From the IMG/VR virus record IMGVR_UViG_3300034025_000005, positions 1 to 26,963 of that record: a stretch of DNA of 26,963 bases. One strand, written 5' to 3'. Made by a program: the position numbers and the translations under genes. The notes below the pieces were generated by a model. The model was not told the origin of the DNA and did not search any database. It saw only the letters and a program-made list of their open reading frames with translations. Of this stretch, positions 15,657-23,558 are shown piece by piece (positions within the stretch are counted from its first letter, which is position 1; the number at the start of each line of letters is the position of its first letter). The stretch is from a virus. Its lineage: Duplodnaviria; Caudoviricetes.

Positions 15657-15914
15657 ATGAAAAATGATGCCAAGCCACCCGTATCTCGAGAGTCTGACAA
15701 GTTCATGCTCCGCTTGCCCGATGGGATGCGCGAGAAGATAGCTACGGTCGCCAAGGACAATAATCGCAGCATGAACGCCGAAATCGTCGCGCGCCTGGCA
15801 AGCTCGTTCGCCCAAGAGGAGCAGGCTGGAGCCAAGAAATCGGCCGATGAACTTCGAGCACTAGTTCAGTATGAGTTGAAAAAGTTCATGAGCGAAAACA
15901 CCAAACCGGACTGA
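15657..15914 (+). CDS. Arc/Mnt-family ribbon-helix-helix repressor, 85 aa
   Basis: SDKFMLRLPDGMREKI...AK.N.RSMNAEIVARL. It is the only convincing + strand gene within the late region. Confidence 0.9.
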   Translation: MKNDAKPPVSRESDKFMLRLPDGMREKIATVAKDNNRSMNAEIVARLASSFAQEEQAGAKKSADELRALVQYELKKFMSENTKPD

Positions 15915-15922
15915 CTTGCCTC

Positions 15923-16234
15923 TCAGTTCTTGGCGTGCATCGCGCTCAGCGCAGCCGACTCCATGATGCGCAAGTCTCCGAACAACTGCGGCCACGCCGC
16001 CCGAGGCACGCCCCGCAAGCGTAGCGTGACCGGGATCGCCGAATAATCTAAGCCGGTGGGGCCGCCCATCCCAACACGCCACTGCGTTTGAAGCGCCTGA
16101 AACACCTCGAAGGGACGGACGTTGTCAGGCCAGATCTCGACCGACGTTGCCACGTCTTCTAGCGTCAGACCGATCGCAGCAAGCTCGCGCTCACTGGGGT
16201 CGGGCGTGTAGAGCGACGTGGCAACGTCTCTCAG
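15923..16234 (-). CDS. Tail assembly chaperone, frameshift portion (gpT-like, DUF1799)
   Basis: VEIWPDN...F.AL.TQWRVGMGGPTGLDYSA. The -1 frame is open from the slippery site at 16240-16234. Confidence 0.85.
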   Translation of the reverse strand: MRDVATSLYTPDPSERELAAIGLTLEDVATSVEIWPDNVRPFEVFQALQTQWRVGMGGPTGLDYSAIPVTLRLRGVPRAAWPQLFGDLRIMESAALSAMHAKN

Positions 16235-16542
16235 TTTTTTGCGCGGGCGCCCATGAGTTCGTTAAGGTACGTTTCCAGAGCCGAGCGGGCGGAGCCGAGA
16301 TAATTCTTCGCCATTTTCTCGACGTTCTTTTCGTCGAAGGGCTCGTCGAGATCCCAGCCGCTTGCGATGTCCATCAGAATTTCGATGTCCTTACGCCCCT
16401 CCAACGTCTCCGTGAATTCTTTAAATTCGTCGGCGTCACGGTACTTGTAAATAAATTCGATCTCCGCTTTGCGGCCGCCAGGCACATGGATTGGCGCTTT
16501 GGCTTTGAAAGTTGGGGATGGGTTTAGGGAAAGCTTTGCCAT
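16231..16542 (-). CDS. Tail assembly chaperone (gpG-like), 103 aa
   Basis: LNPSPTFKA...F.YK...GWDLDEPF...ARAKN*. Ends at A AAA AAC TGA. Follows the tail tube gene. Confidence 0.88.
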   Translation of the reverse strand: MAKLSLNPSPTFKAKAPIHVPGGRKAEIEFIYKYRDADEFKEFTETLEGRKDIEILMDIASGWDLDEPFDEKNVEKMAKNYLGSARSALETYLNELMGARAKN

Positions 16543-16564
16543 GATGTTGTTCTCTCAGATAGGT

Positions 16565-16621
16565 AAAAAAGACCTGCAGGAGCTACCTGCAGGCGAAAGA
16601 CCGACTCAGAATTGAGTCGGT
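16565..16621 (-). terminator. Tandem hairpins / terminator after the major tail gene
   Basis: ACCGACTCA-N4-TGAGTCGGT (16600-16621), then CCTGCAGG-N5-CCTGCAGG (16573-16593) and TTTTTT. Confidence 0.6.
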
Positions 16622-16636
16622 TGGCAACGAGGTTAC

Positions 16637-17284
16637 TTAGCTTGCATATCGGACCGGTTTGCCCTGCAGAGCAAAACCGGCTTTTACGGTCATGATCTGA
16701 CCCTTCGACATACTTGGTGTTTCGTCGTAGCTGCAGATGGAGTTGTAATAAAGTACCGAGCCTGACGGCAGGATGCCGCGGGCAGCAGTCAGGGCACGCG
16801 TAGCCGCGGCCACTTTCAGCGCTTGGTGGTAAGGCAGCGAAGGATCGTCACCAATCTCGAAGGCCAGCGATTGGGCTGAGGTGCCCGATGGGATCTGCGT
16901 TTCGCTGTCCGATTCCAAAAATTGATATGTAACAAACTGCGTGTCGCCGCCCGAGCTCGATGCCGAGACAACCTGCGAAATCGGCGTCCACGTGTTCACC
17001 TTGCGCAGCGAGCCTTGGCCGACGCCAGCTGGGTACAGCGTCGTCAGCGTGGTATCGAAACCTTCCAGCGTGACGCTCGTGGTGGTTGCAGTCTTGATGC
17101 GGAACACGCGATTGTTGGCGCGCGCCCAGCCGCTCGTGAACTCGACGATGTCGCCGGCCGAGTAGGTGTTGGTTGCGGTGGTCAGGACGGTTTCCGATGC
17201 GTTAGACGCTGCGGTGACGTTGACACTGGCCGAGTAGGCGGTAGCGATCGACCAAGTAATGCCGTTCGGAAGTTGAACACTCAT
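16637..17284 (-). CDS. Major tail tube protein (Phage_tail_3-like), 215 aa
   Basis: MSVQLPNG...GDIVEFTSGW..N.RVFR...SGGDTQF..YQFLE...QIP. Position between tail terminator and chaperone. Confidence 0.9.
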   Translation of the reverse strand: MSVQLPNGITWSIATAYSASVNVTAASNASETVLTTATNTYSAGDIVEFTSGWARANNRVFRIKTATTTSVTLEGFDTTLTTLYPAGVGQGSLRKVNTWTPISQVVSASSSGGDTQFVTYQFLESDSETQIPSGTSAQSLAFEIGDDPSLPYHQALKVAAATRALTAARGILPSGSVLYYNSICSYDETPSMSKGQIMTVKAGFALQGKPVRYAS

Positions 17285-17338
17285 TTGGATTGCCTTTCTT
17301 GCCCTGTAAGGGCCCTAGTAAAGTCCGTAGCGGACAAG

Positions 17339-17369
17339 AAAAAAGCAGCCCGGATTTCTCGGGGCTGCT
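17339..17369 (-). terminator. Intrinsic terminator-like hairpin upstream of the tail tube gene
   Basis: AGCAGCCC...GGGCTGCT followed by a T-run. Confidence 0.65.
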
Positions 17370-17388
17370 CGGTTGGGGGATTGATGAA

Positions 17389-17745
17389 TTAGTAGTTAAT
17401 GCTGAAGTCCTGCATGGTTCCGCGGTACTTCACAGTGTCGGTTTCGTCGTATGTCGAGACGCGACCAGTCAACACCTCCGTCTGGAACGACTTTGTGTCG
17501 CGCAGCGCGTTCTCCACCTGCGCGCCAAGGGTGGATGCCCCGATGCGGGTAGCTGCCCAGACATTCACCTGCATTCGGACATTGGTGCTCCCCGGTTTCT
17601 CGCCAGTCAGGAAGTTCACAGGCTCGCCACCGACTGCCTGATACGTGATATATGGCAGCGCGGTGTTCTGCTCCGCCACGTCGGGGAAAACTCGGCCGGC
17701 AACGAGGCTTTGCAGTGCTGTGTACAGTTGCTCCTCGATCGTCAT
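17389..17745 (-). CDS. Tail terminator protein (DUF3168), 118 aa
   Basis: GRVFPDVA....PYITYQ.VGG...RMQVNVWA.TR...DFS. Confidence 0.88.
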   Translation of the reverse strand: MTIEEQLYTALQSLVAGRVFPDVAEQNTALPYITYQAVGGEPVNFLTGEKPGSTNVRMQVNVWAATRIGASTLGAQVENALRDTKSFQTEVLTGRVSTYDETDTVKYRGTMQDFSINY

Positions 17746-18257
17746 GTCGCGTTCCTCTGTAGCAGCTCTTGGAGCATCGTAGTCATCGCATCGAGTGCCT
17801 GCGTGCGGTGGCTGGTATAGGCAGGGCGTATGAATGGATACGCGGGGACGGTCCTTGATCCGTACTCCAACTCAGCGGCTCGGCGGTGCGCTTTCCAGCC
17901 GATCTTCTTGCCAGTGCGCTTGCTGATCTTTTTGTTCTTCGGGACGATCTTGTGCCCGTCCTGAAGGAAGCGAGAGTAGAAGGCATCGTCGCCGCCGTAC
18001 TTGCCCTTGCGGACAGTGACGAGATATACCTGACGCTGTGCACCGTCCGACTCTTCCTCAACGCGCTTCATGATGATGCTGTTATAAAGGACGCCGGTCT
18101 TCTTGTGAGCGAGCGAGTTCTGCTTCGCTTGATCGCGGAAGACCGCGGCGCCAGCCACACCTGTCTTGCGAAGCGCGGATTCATCAAGCGAGGCGCGCAT
18201 CTGGTTGACCGTATCGTTGACAGCAGCGAGCAGGCCAGAAGCATCGAACTCGATCAT
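17742..18257 (-). CDS. HK97 gp10-family tail completion protein, 171 aa
   Basis: TGVLYNSI, AFYSRF, EYGS..VPAYPFIRPAY motifs. Confidence 0.88.
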   Translation of the reverse strand: MIEFDASGLLAAVNDTVNQMRASLDESALRKTGVAGAAVFRDQAKQNSLAHKKTGVLYNSIIMKRVEEESDGAQRQVYLVTVRKGKYGGDDAFYSRFLQDGHKIVPKNKKISKRTGKKIGWKAHRRAAELEYGSRTVPAYPFIRPAYTSHRTQALDAMTTMLQELLQRNAT

Positions 18258-18553
18258 TTAGTCGCCTCGCACACGATGAACATGAAGGATCGGTCGTCGT
18301 CCGGTAGCACCGACTTGATGTCGAACTCGACACCTTGATACCGCGCACGCCAAGTTGCATCTACGTCTGAGCGAGCTCTGATTCGTATCGATGCCCGCTT
18401 TACCGCGATTTCAGAGTTGGCCCGCAGAACTTCGGCGCCACTTGAGAATCGCACGTCAGCCCAGATCGTGGCCACGTCACCCCAGCTTTCGACAGGCTCG
18501 CCGGCAGCGTCCCGGCCGGCGCCGCGCTTGATGAGAGTGATCCGGTGATTCAT
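18254..18553 (-). CDS. Head closure / head-tail adaptor protein, 99 aa
   Basis: MNHRITL....RDAAGEP...W.DVAT.WA.V....G.E...IRIR.R.DV...WR...FDIKSV. ATGA overlaps at both ends. Confidence 0.88.
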   Translation of the reverse strand: MNHRITLIKRGAGRDAAGEPVESWGDVATIWADVRFSSGAEVLRANSEIAVKRASIRIRARSDVDATWRARYQGVEFDIKSVLPDDDRSFMFIVCEATK

Positions 18554-19104
18554 AGGTACACCTTTTCCCGATCCAGAAGCCGCTCGATGTTCTCTGGCCT
18601 CGCCGTGGCAACGGGCGCAAACTGCAACTGCACCATTGCCAGGATGTAGCCCTTGACCGCATCTGGGACCGCGGTATCTGCCGCGCCGTAGCCGCACACG
18701 TACTGCACCTCTACGGCGCTCACGCGTGCTGCGGTCGTCGGCCAGGTCGTTACCGGAACAATGCGCCCCGGCTCGGTAGCTGGATCCACGATGTAAGCCG
18801 ATTGCGCGAGCGTCTGCTGCACGCCGGCCGCGTCGTAGTACTTCACGTACGCGACCGACGCCAGCGGGGCGCCAGGCAGGGGGATGACGCCCGGGAAGCT
18901 GTCGAGCGTCAGGCTCCACGTCTGCGTGATGAACCGACGCCCGGTGATGTGCTCCGCTTTGGCGGTGTACGTGCGGATCGCTTGCGTGATCTGCGCATCC
19001 AAGGCCGATGTGCCGTCAACGTCGACGTCAACCCGGGCAGCTGAGCGCGCAGCAGCAAGCGACACCGCCAGCGCGGCCGGCGGGGTGATTAGTCGTGTAG
19101 TCAT
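18550..19104 (-). CDS. Head-tail connector protein (gp6/phiE125 gp8-like), 184 aa
   Basis: LITPP...VSL..A....RVD...AEH.TGR.FITQTW...LD.FP...V.Y..GYG...VP..VK. Confidence 0.88.
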   Translation of the reverse strand: MTTRLITPPAALAVSLAAARSAARVDVDVDGTSALDAQITQAIRTYTAKAEHITGRRFITQTWSLTLDSFPGVIPLPGAPLASVAYVKYYDAAGVQQTLAQSAYIVDPATEPGRIVPVTTWPTTAARVSAVEVQYVCGYGAADTAVPDAVKGYILAMVQLQFAPVATARPENIERLLDREKVYL

Positions 19105-19108
19105 GCCG

Positions 19109-21184
19109 TTACCCTGTGTAGACCACAGCGCCGATCGATGGAATACGTCCGTACGAAACCCCCGTGGCATCCATCAGCCCATCGATATAGCGCACACCCG
19201 CTTTCGTCAATGGTGATGCAGACGTAGGCACAGCCGAGCCAGGCTCGAACCAAGCATCGCCAGATCCAGAAACGGTGATTGCCGTCGACGTGATATCAGT
19301 GGAAACTGACCCGTCAATTGCGCGAGAAAGGGCCTTCACACCCTGCGTCCAACCGCTGACGGCGTTGCCAGCGACGAACTTGGTGCCGGCCTCGTTGGCA
19401 ACGCGGATAGCCTCGAAATCGGTGACGGGCACGGTTCGATACAGGGCGTTGTTGAACACACGGATCGTGTTGCCTGTCAGCGTTTCGAACCAGTTCGAGA
19501 TGCCGATCTTCGGGCTACTTGACGTGCCGCGCTTCAGTTGGTTCAGGTCCGGCAGGCGATTGATGTACGTGCAGTGCGCAATCGTCACGTCATTGCTGCC
19601 GGCGCTGCCCGCATCGGTACTGGTCGATAGAACATTGCAGTCGAGGGCAATGTGGCCGATGACTTGAACGGTCTTAGCGCTATTCGTCTGGATGGCGACG
19701 TGGCAGCGCTCAGAGATATTGGCGTAGGCAACGCTCTTGCTACTGCCCAAGTCAAAGTAATACGCGGTTCCGTCAAACGGTGCGCCAAAACCGCTGCGGC
19801 CGTTCGTGTTGAGCTCCGCGCCCACGCCGTTCCATGCGTCTGCTACATAGTTGTGGTGCAGCTTCGCATCGCCCAGGTTGGCCGCTGCAGTCTGCATATA
19901 AAACGCCGCCATCGTCGAGCATTGCCGGTTGCAGCCCTTCACTTCATTGGAGTGGACGTTATAGGCCAGCGTGCCAACTCCACTCACCTTGACTAAGGTA
20001 GCAGGCAAGTCGTTACCTTTGTTGTTATTTACGGTCACGCTGTGCGCTGCGACCTCGCTGCTACTCATCAGCAACAGACTGGAACGCTCGGCTTCACAGT
20101 TTTTGACGACAAGGCCGGTATGAATGTTTGCGCCGGAATTGCTACCGATGGCGACGTAGATACCAACACCGGTGTCCTTGAATTTCAAGCCATCGATAAT
20201 GGTGTTGCTCAGGCCCATGAATCCCGTACTGAATACGCCGCGCGCCGTCATCGTGAGCCAGATGCCACCGTAGTAATCGGTTGGGTTCTGCGTGCTTGGC
20301 GCCCATACCCATACCTTATTGGACGAAGCGAAGTCTGTCTTATGAGCGAACTGCAGATCGCCGAACAGCGGCGGCAAGGATGCTTGCGCCTTGCCGTTGG
20401 CATCCTGAAAGACATCAATGCCGTGCAGCCGAGCTGGGCCAAAGAATACAGCCATGCCGGCATCAGGATGGAGCGCAGCATTGGTCGGCTGCCACAACCA
20501 AGCACTCATGGTGGCATCCCAGGTCCATTCCGATGCCGCCGGCGCATGACCCATCGAAATAGTCGGCTTCGTGCCGGTGTGGCCTGCCGGGTCGTATGCC
20601 GTGATGAGCAATGGGTTTGCCTGGTTGCCCATCCAGTTGTCAGCGGTGATTGCGCCGCTCGATGCCTGTGAGCCCAGCAGCGTCCAGACGGAATCAGACG
20701 CGAGCGCGACGACCGATCCAGCGCCAATAGTCGTAGTGGACAGGGCAGAAAGGTTCTTCTTTGGCAGCGCACGAGTGCCTGGGTTAGCGTCGGCGCCACG
20801 ATTGAAGTCGACGTAAATTTCAGTGGCGGCGGTCGGCGTAGTGGTGAACGCAGGCGCAGTAGCAGTGTTCAGCGCTTTACGCGTGACCCGAAAATGATGA
20901 GGAAATGCCTTTGATGCGAGAACGTCGGAACCAGGTGCGCCGATTTCTGCTAGTGACATGACGCCATTAGGCCCCACCAGCCCTGCGATATTACTTGAAG
21001 AATCCACCTCTAGCATCGCGGGGTGGCGTCGAACCGTGGCGAGAGGCGGGGCATACGACGCGCCGCCAGTAAGGTCGAGCGTCGCCTGCTTCGCGGTAAT
21101 TAGGTTAGTTTCGGTCAGGACATTCAGGCTGACGATCGCGTTGATCGGATAATTGGCATATGCAGCGAGAAGGCGAATCGTCAT
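19109..21184 (-). CDS. Head-module beta-helix protein (putative head spike/fiber with depolymerase-like domain), 691 aa
   Basis: AGGA RBS. Short N-terminal domain, Thr/Ala/Pro linker (TATAPAFTTTPTAAT), IYVD...G.D.NPGT motif, PbH1-like repeats, C-terminal SPL..AG...D..G......PSIGA. Confidence 0.75.
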   Translation of the reverse strand: MTIRLLAAYANYPINAIVSLNVLTETNLITAKQATLDLTGGASYAPPLATVRRHPAMLEVDSSSNIAGLVGPNGVMSLAEIGAPGSDVLASKAFPHHFRVTRKALNTATAPAFTTTPTAATEIYVDFNRGADANPGTRALPKKNLSALSTTTIGAGSVVALASDSVWTLLGSQASSGAITADNWMGNQANPLLITAYDPAGHTGTKPTISMGHAPAASEWTWDATMSAWLWQPTNAALHPDAGMAVFFGPARLHGIDVFQDANGKAQASLPPLFGDLQFAHKTDFASSNKVWVWAPSTQNPTDYYGGIWLTMTARGVFSTGFMGLSNTIIDGLKFKDTGVGIYVAIGSNSGANIHTGLVVKNCEAERSSLLLMSSSEVAAHSVTVNNNKGNDLPATLVKVSGVGTLAYNVHSNEVKGCNRQCSTMAAFYMQTAAANLGDAKLHHNYVADAWNGVGAELNTNGRSGFGAPFDGTAYYFDLGSSKSVAYANISERCHVAIQTNSAKTVQVIGHIALDCNVLSTSTDAGSAGSNDVTIAHCTYINRLPDLNQLKRGTSSSPKIGISNWFETLTGNTIRVFNNALYRTVPVTDFEAIRVANEAGTKFVAGNAVSGWTQGVKALSRAIDGSVSTDITSTAITVSGSGDAWFEPGSAVPTSASPLTKAGVRYIDGLMDATGVSYGRIPSIGAVVYTG

Positions 21185-21223
21185 GGTTGTCCTAAAATCG
21201 TGTTCGGTTATTTTGGTCTGGAT

Positions 21224-21391
21224 TTACTGCTTGGCGCGGGTAGGCTTCTTTGCCTCAACCTGGTCTTGCTCAACTACTTCCAGCTCGATCGCGGACGCCA
21301 ACAACTCGGGCGGGCATTCGTTGCCCGCCTCGTAATCAACTGGGTAAATCTCGCCGTCCGGCACGCCACGAAATGGCTTACTGAATTTCAT
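21224..21391 (-). CDS. Small capsid-associated protein, 55 aa (absent from the supplied ORF track)
   Basis: GGAG RBS. MKFSKPFRGVPDGEIYPVDYEAGNECPPELLASAIELEVVEQDQVEAKKPTRAKQ*, directly downstream of the MCP. Confidence 0.8.
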   Translation of the reverse strand: MKFSKPFRGVPDGEIYPVDYEAGNECPPELLASAIELEVVEQDQVEAKKPTRAKQ

Positions 21392-21401
21392 CGGTATCTC
21401 C

Positions 21402-21434
21402 AAAAGAAAAGGCCCGGGGTTACCGGGCCTTTCT
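21402..21434 (-). terminator. Terminator after the major capsid gene
   Basis: AAAGGCCCGG-N5-CCGGGCCTTT with T-runs on both strands. Confidence 0.75.
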
Positions 21435-21450
21435 CGTTATCGTTGGTTGA

Positions 21451-22713
21451 TTAGCCGATCTTCAGGAACTTCATGCATTCAGGATTTTCGAGACCACCAC
21501 CAACCCGTTTAGTTGTATAAAAGCTAACATAAGGTTTATTCGTGAATGGGTCGCGCAGCACGCGCACGCCGATGCGGTCGAGGATCTTGTAGGCGCGCTT
21601 GAAGTCGCCAAACGCGATCGACAGTGCGTTGGTAGCGACGTCGGGCATGTCCGGCACTTCGGTGAGCGCATAGCCGGCCAGCGTAGCCGGCTGACCAGCG
21701 ACCAGCGTTGGCTGCCAGAGGTAGTTGCCTTGGCCGTCCTTCAGGGTGCGGATCACCTTGTGCGTGTTGCGGTTCAGGGCGAAGCCTGCGCCGTTCGTGA
21801 AGGCCGATGGCAGTGCGTAGATCAGCGCCATGATCGCGTCCGAGGTGATGCCACCCACGGCGCCCGACGCGGTCGTGGCAATGCCGCCCAGCGGATGCAG
21901 ATTCGAGCCGCCGGCCGCGTAGGTCAGCAGGCCGCGCGGCTTGTTGACGCCATCGCCGCTGACGAATGCCTTGTTTTCCTGATAGGAGAATTCGGTTTCG
22001 ACTTCGCCCGCCAGCCACTGCTCCAGGTTGATCTCGGAGTCGTCCAGCATTTGCTGGGTCGCGCTCGGGTTGGCGTACAGCTCACCCCAGGCGTAATCCT
22101 GCTTTGCGAACGTCGGCGTGTTGGTGGCCGGGCGGGCGTCAGCCTCGCCGACCCAGCCGGAACCGGTGCCGCGCAGGTTGATCAGCTTGGAGTAGCCAGG
22201 GCCGCCGACAGGCTGCACGCTGCACAACTCACGCATCGGCGAGACGAGGATCAGCTTGTCCGTGATGGTGCGGTCCCATTCGACTGGAGCCGTGTAGCCA
22301 CCTTCTGCGGCGGTACCCTTGTTCAGCGACGCCGAAACGTCGCCGCGGCGCATGTGCGCCATGAACGAGTCGGTGTATTCCTTGTCCTTGACAGTGCGGC
22401 CACCGGCGGCGCCCATTTCGATGGACGCCATCTTGGTGTTCGTGGTGTCGATGGCGTTCTGCAGTTCGGTGATGTGCGCGTTGATGGTGTCGACCTTCAG
22501 CGCCTGCAGGGCGTCGTTCTGGCCGCGCTTCACGTCGTCCAACTGCTTGGTGTGCTCGGTCTTGAAGTCGGCAAACGCCTTGTTCAGAGCCTCGACGGTT
22601 GCTTTGACGTCGATGTCGGCGCGGACGGTGACGATACCGCGGGTAACTTCAGCTTGCGCGGTGGCGGCCAGGGCAGCGGCGATCATCATGAGCGCCTGGG
22701 ATGGGTTTTTCAT
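21451..22713 (-). CDS. Major capsid protein, HK97 fold, 420 aa
   Basis: Coiled-coil delta domain, EGGY..P, WVGE...RP.T, TQQMLDDS, GDG.NKP.G, LKD..GNYLWQP, FGDF, RVGGG. Confidence 0.97.
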   Translation of the reverse strand: MKNPSQALMMIAAALAATAQAEVTRGIVTVRADIDVKATVEALNKAFADFKTEHTKQLDDVKRGQNDALQALKVDTINAHITELQNAIDTTNTKMASIEMGAAGGRTVKDKEYTDSFMAHMRRGDVSASLNKGTAAEGGYTAPVEWDRTITDKLILVSPMRELCSVQPVGGPGYSKLINLRGTGSGWVGEADARPATNTPTFAKQDYAWGELYANPSATQQMLDDSEINLEQWLAGEVETEFSYQENKAFVSGDGVNKPRGLLTYAAGGSNLHPLGGIATTASGAVGGITSDAIMALIYALPSAFTNGAGFALNRNTHKVIRTLKDGQGNYLWQPTLVAGQPATLAGYALTEVPDMPDVATNALSIAFGDFKRAYKILDRIGVRVLRDPFTNKPYVSFYTTKRVGGGLENPECMKFLKIG

Positions 22714-23558
22714 TTGGTGCCTTTCAGATTATTCAGGAGGGATTGCAGGGATGCTGCTACGTCGGTGCCAGCGCTCGGCGTGGCGTCATTTTCAGCAGCG
22801 CCCGGCGTGCCAGAAAATAGGGATTTGAGAGCGTCTCGGCGAACGGAGCGGGAATGTCCCGCGCGCGCCATCGATGCCTCGACCAGCGCGAGGTACTTCT
22901 TGCTGCCTTGCGCCTTGGTGTCTTGTGTGATACTCGACCGGTCGACCATGCCGGTAGCGAAACCGTCCTTGACCGCCTGGGCGGCGCCGACCCACGTTTC
23001 CTTGTCCATCATCGTGGCCGCCTCTTCGACCGACAGTCCTGAGCGCGCGGCGTAGACTTCAGCCATCGCAGCATCGAACGGGGCCAGTTGCTCGGAAGCG
23101 GCTTTAAAGTCATGTCGGTTGCCGACTGCGACGCTCCAAGCGTTATGGATCATCAGGAACGAGCCATCGCCCATCAGGATTTCGTCGCCAGCCATGGCGA
23201 TCACGGACGCAGCCGATGCGGCCAGGCCCATCACCTGCACGGTGACTTTGGCCTTGTGCTGGCGCAGCAGGTTGTAGATCGCGACGCCTTCGAAGAAGTC
23301 TCCGCCCGGCGAATTGATGTTGACGGTCACGTCCTTGGCGCCAATGTTGCGCAGGATGCCGCCCATGCGAGCAGCAGTCATGCCGGAGCCGTCCCACGAC
23401 GCGCCGATCTGCTCGTAGATCGAGATCGTCTGCACGCCATCATCTGCAGCTGCACAAATGCCCGGCTCCCAGCGCTCGAGCGCATCAGGGCGCATATCGA
23501 ACTGCGCCGCGCCGATGCGGGCGTCAGCCTTGATTTCAGGTAGTTGGAGCAGGGACAT
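22710..23558 (-). CDS. Head maturation protease, ClpP-like, 282 aa
   Basis: INSPGGD, GLAASAAS (Ser), LMIHNAW (His), ETW..A..AV..GFA. Confidence 0.95.
   Translation of the reverse strand: MSLLQLPEIKADARIGAAQFDMRPDALERWEPGICAAADDGVQTISIYEQIGASWDGSGMTAARMGGILRNIGAKDVTVNINSPGGDFFEGVAIYNLLRQHKAKVTVQVMGLAASAASVIAMAGDEILMGDGSFLMIHNAWSVAVGNRHDFKAASEQLAPFDAAMAEVYAARSGLSVEEAATMMDKETWVGAAQAVKDGFATGMVDRSSITQDTKAQGSKKYLALVEASMARAGHSRSVRRDALKSLFSGTPGAAENDATPSAGTDVAASLQSLLNNLKGTK

Noticed and set aside
17301-17313. boxB-like hairpin GCCCT-N3-AGGGC
   Set aside because: The loop is only 3 nt and no boxA is evident, so it is not a supportable nut site.
22620-22713. Signal-peptide-like N-terminus on the capsid protein
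   Set aside because: More simply the start of the cleaved HK97-type delta/scaffold domain.
21730-23055. 441-aa + strand ORF and other long antisense ORFs (e.g. 5334..6050, 20042..20671)
   Set aside because: Shadow frames of GC-rich - strand genes, with no RBS or recognisable motifs.
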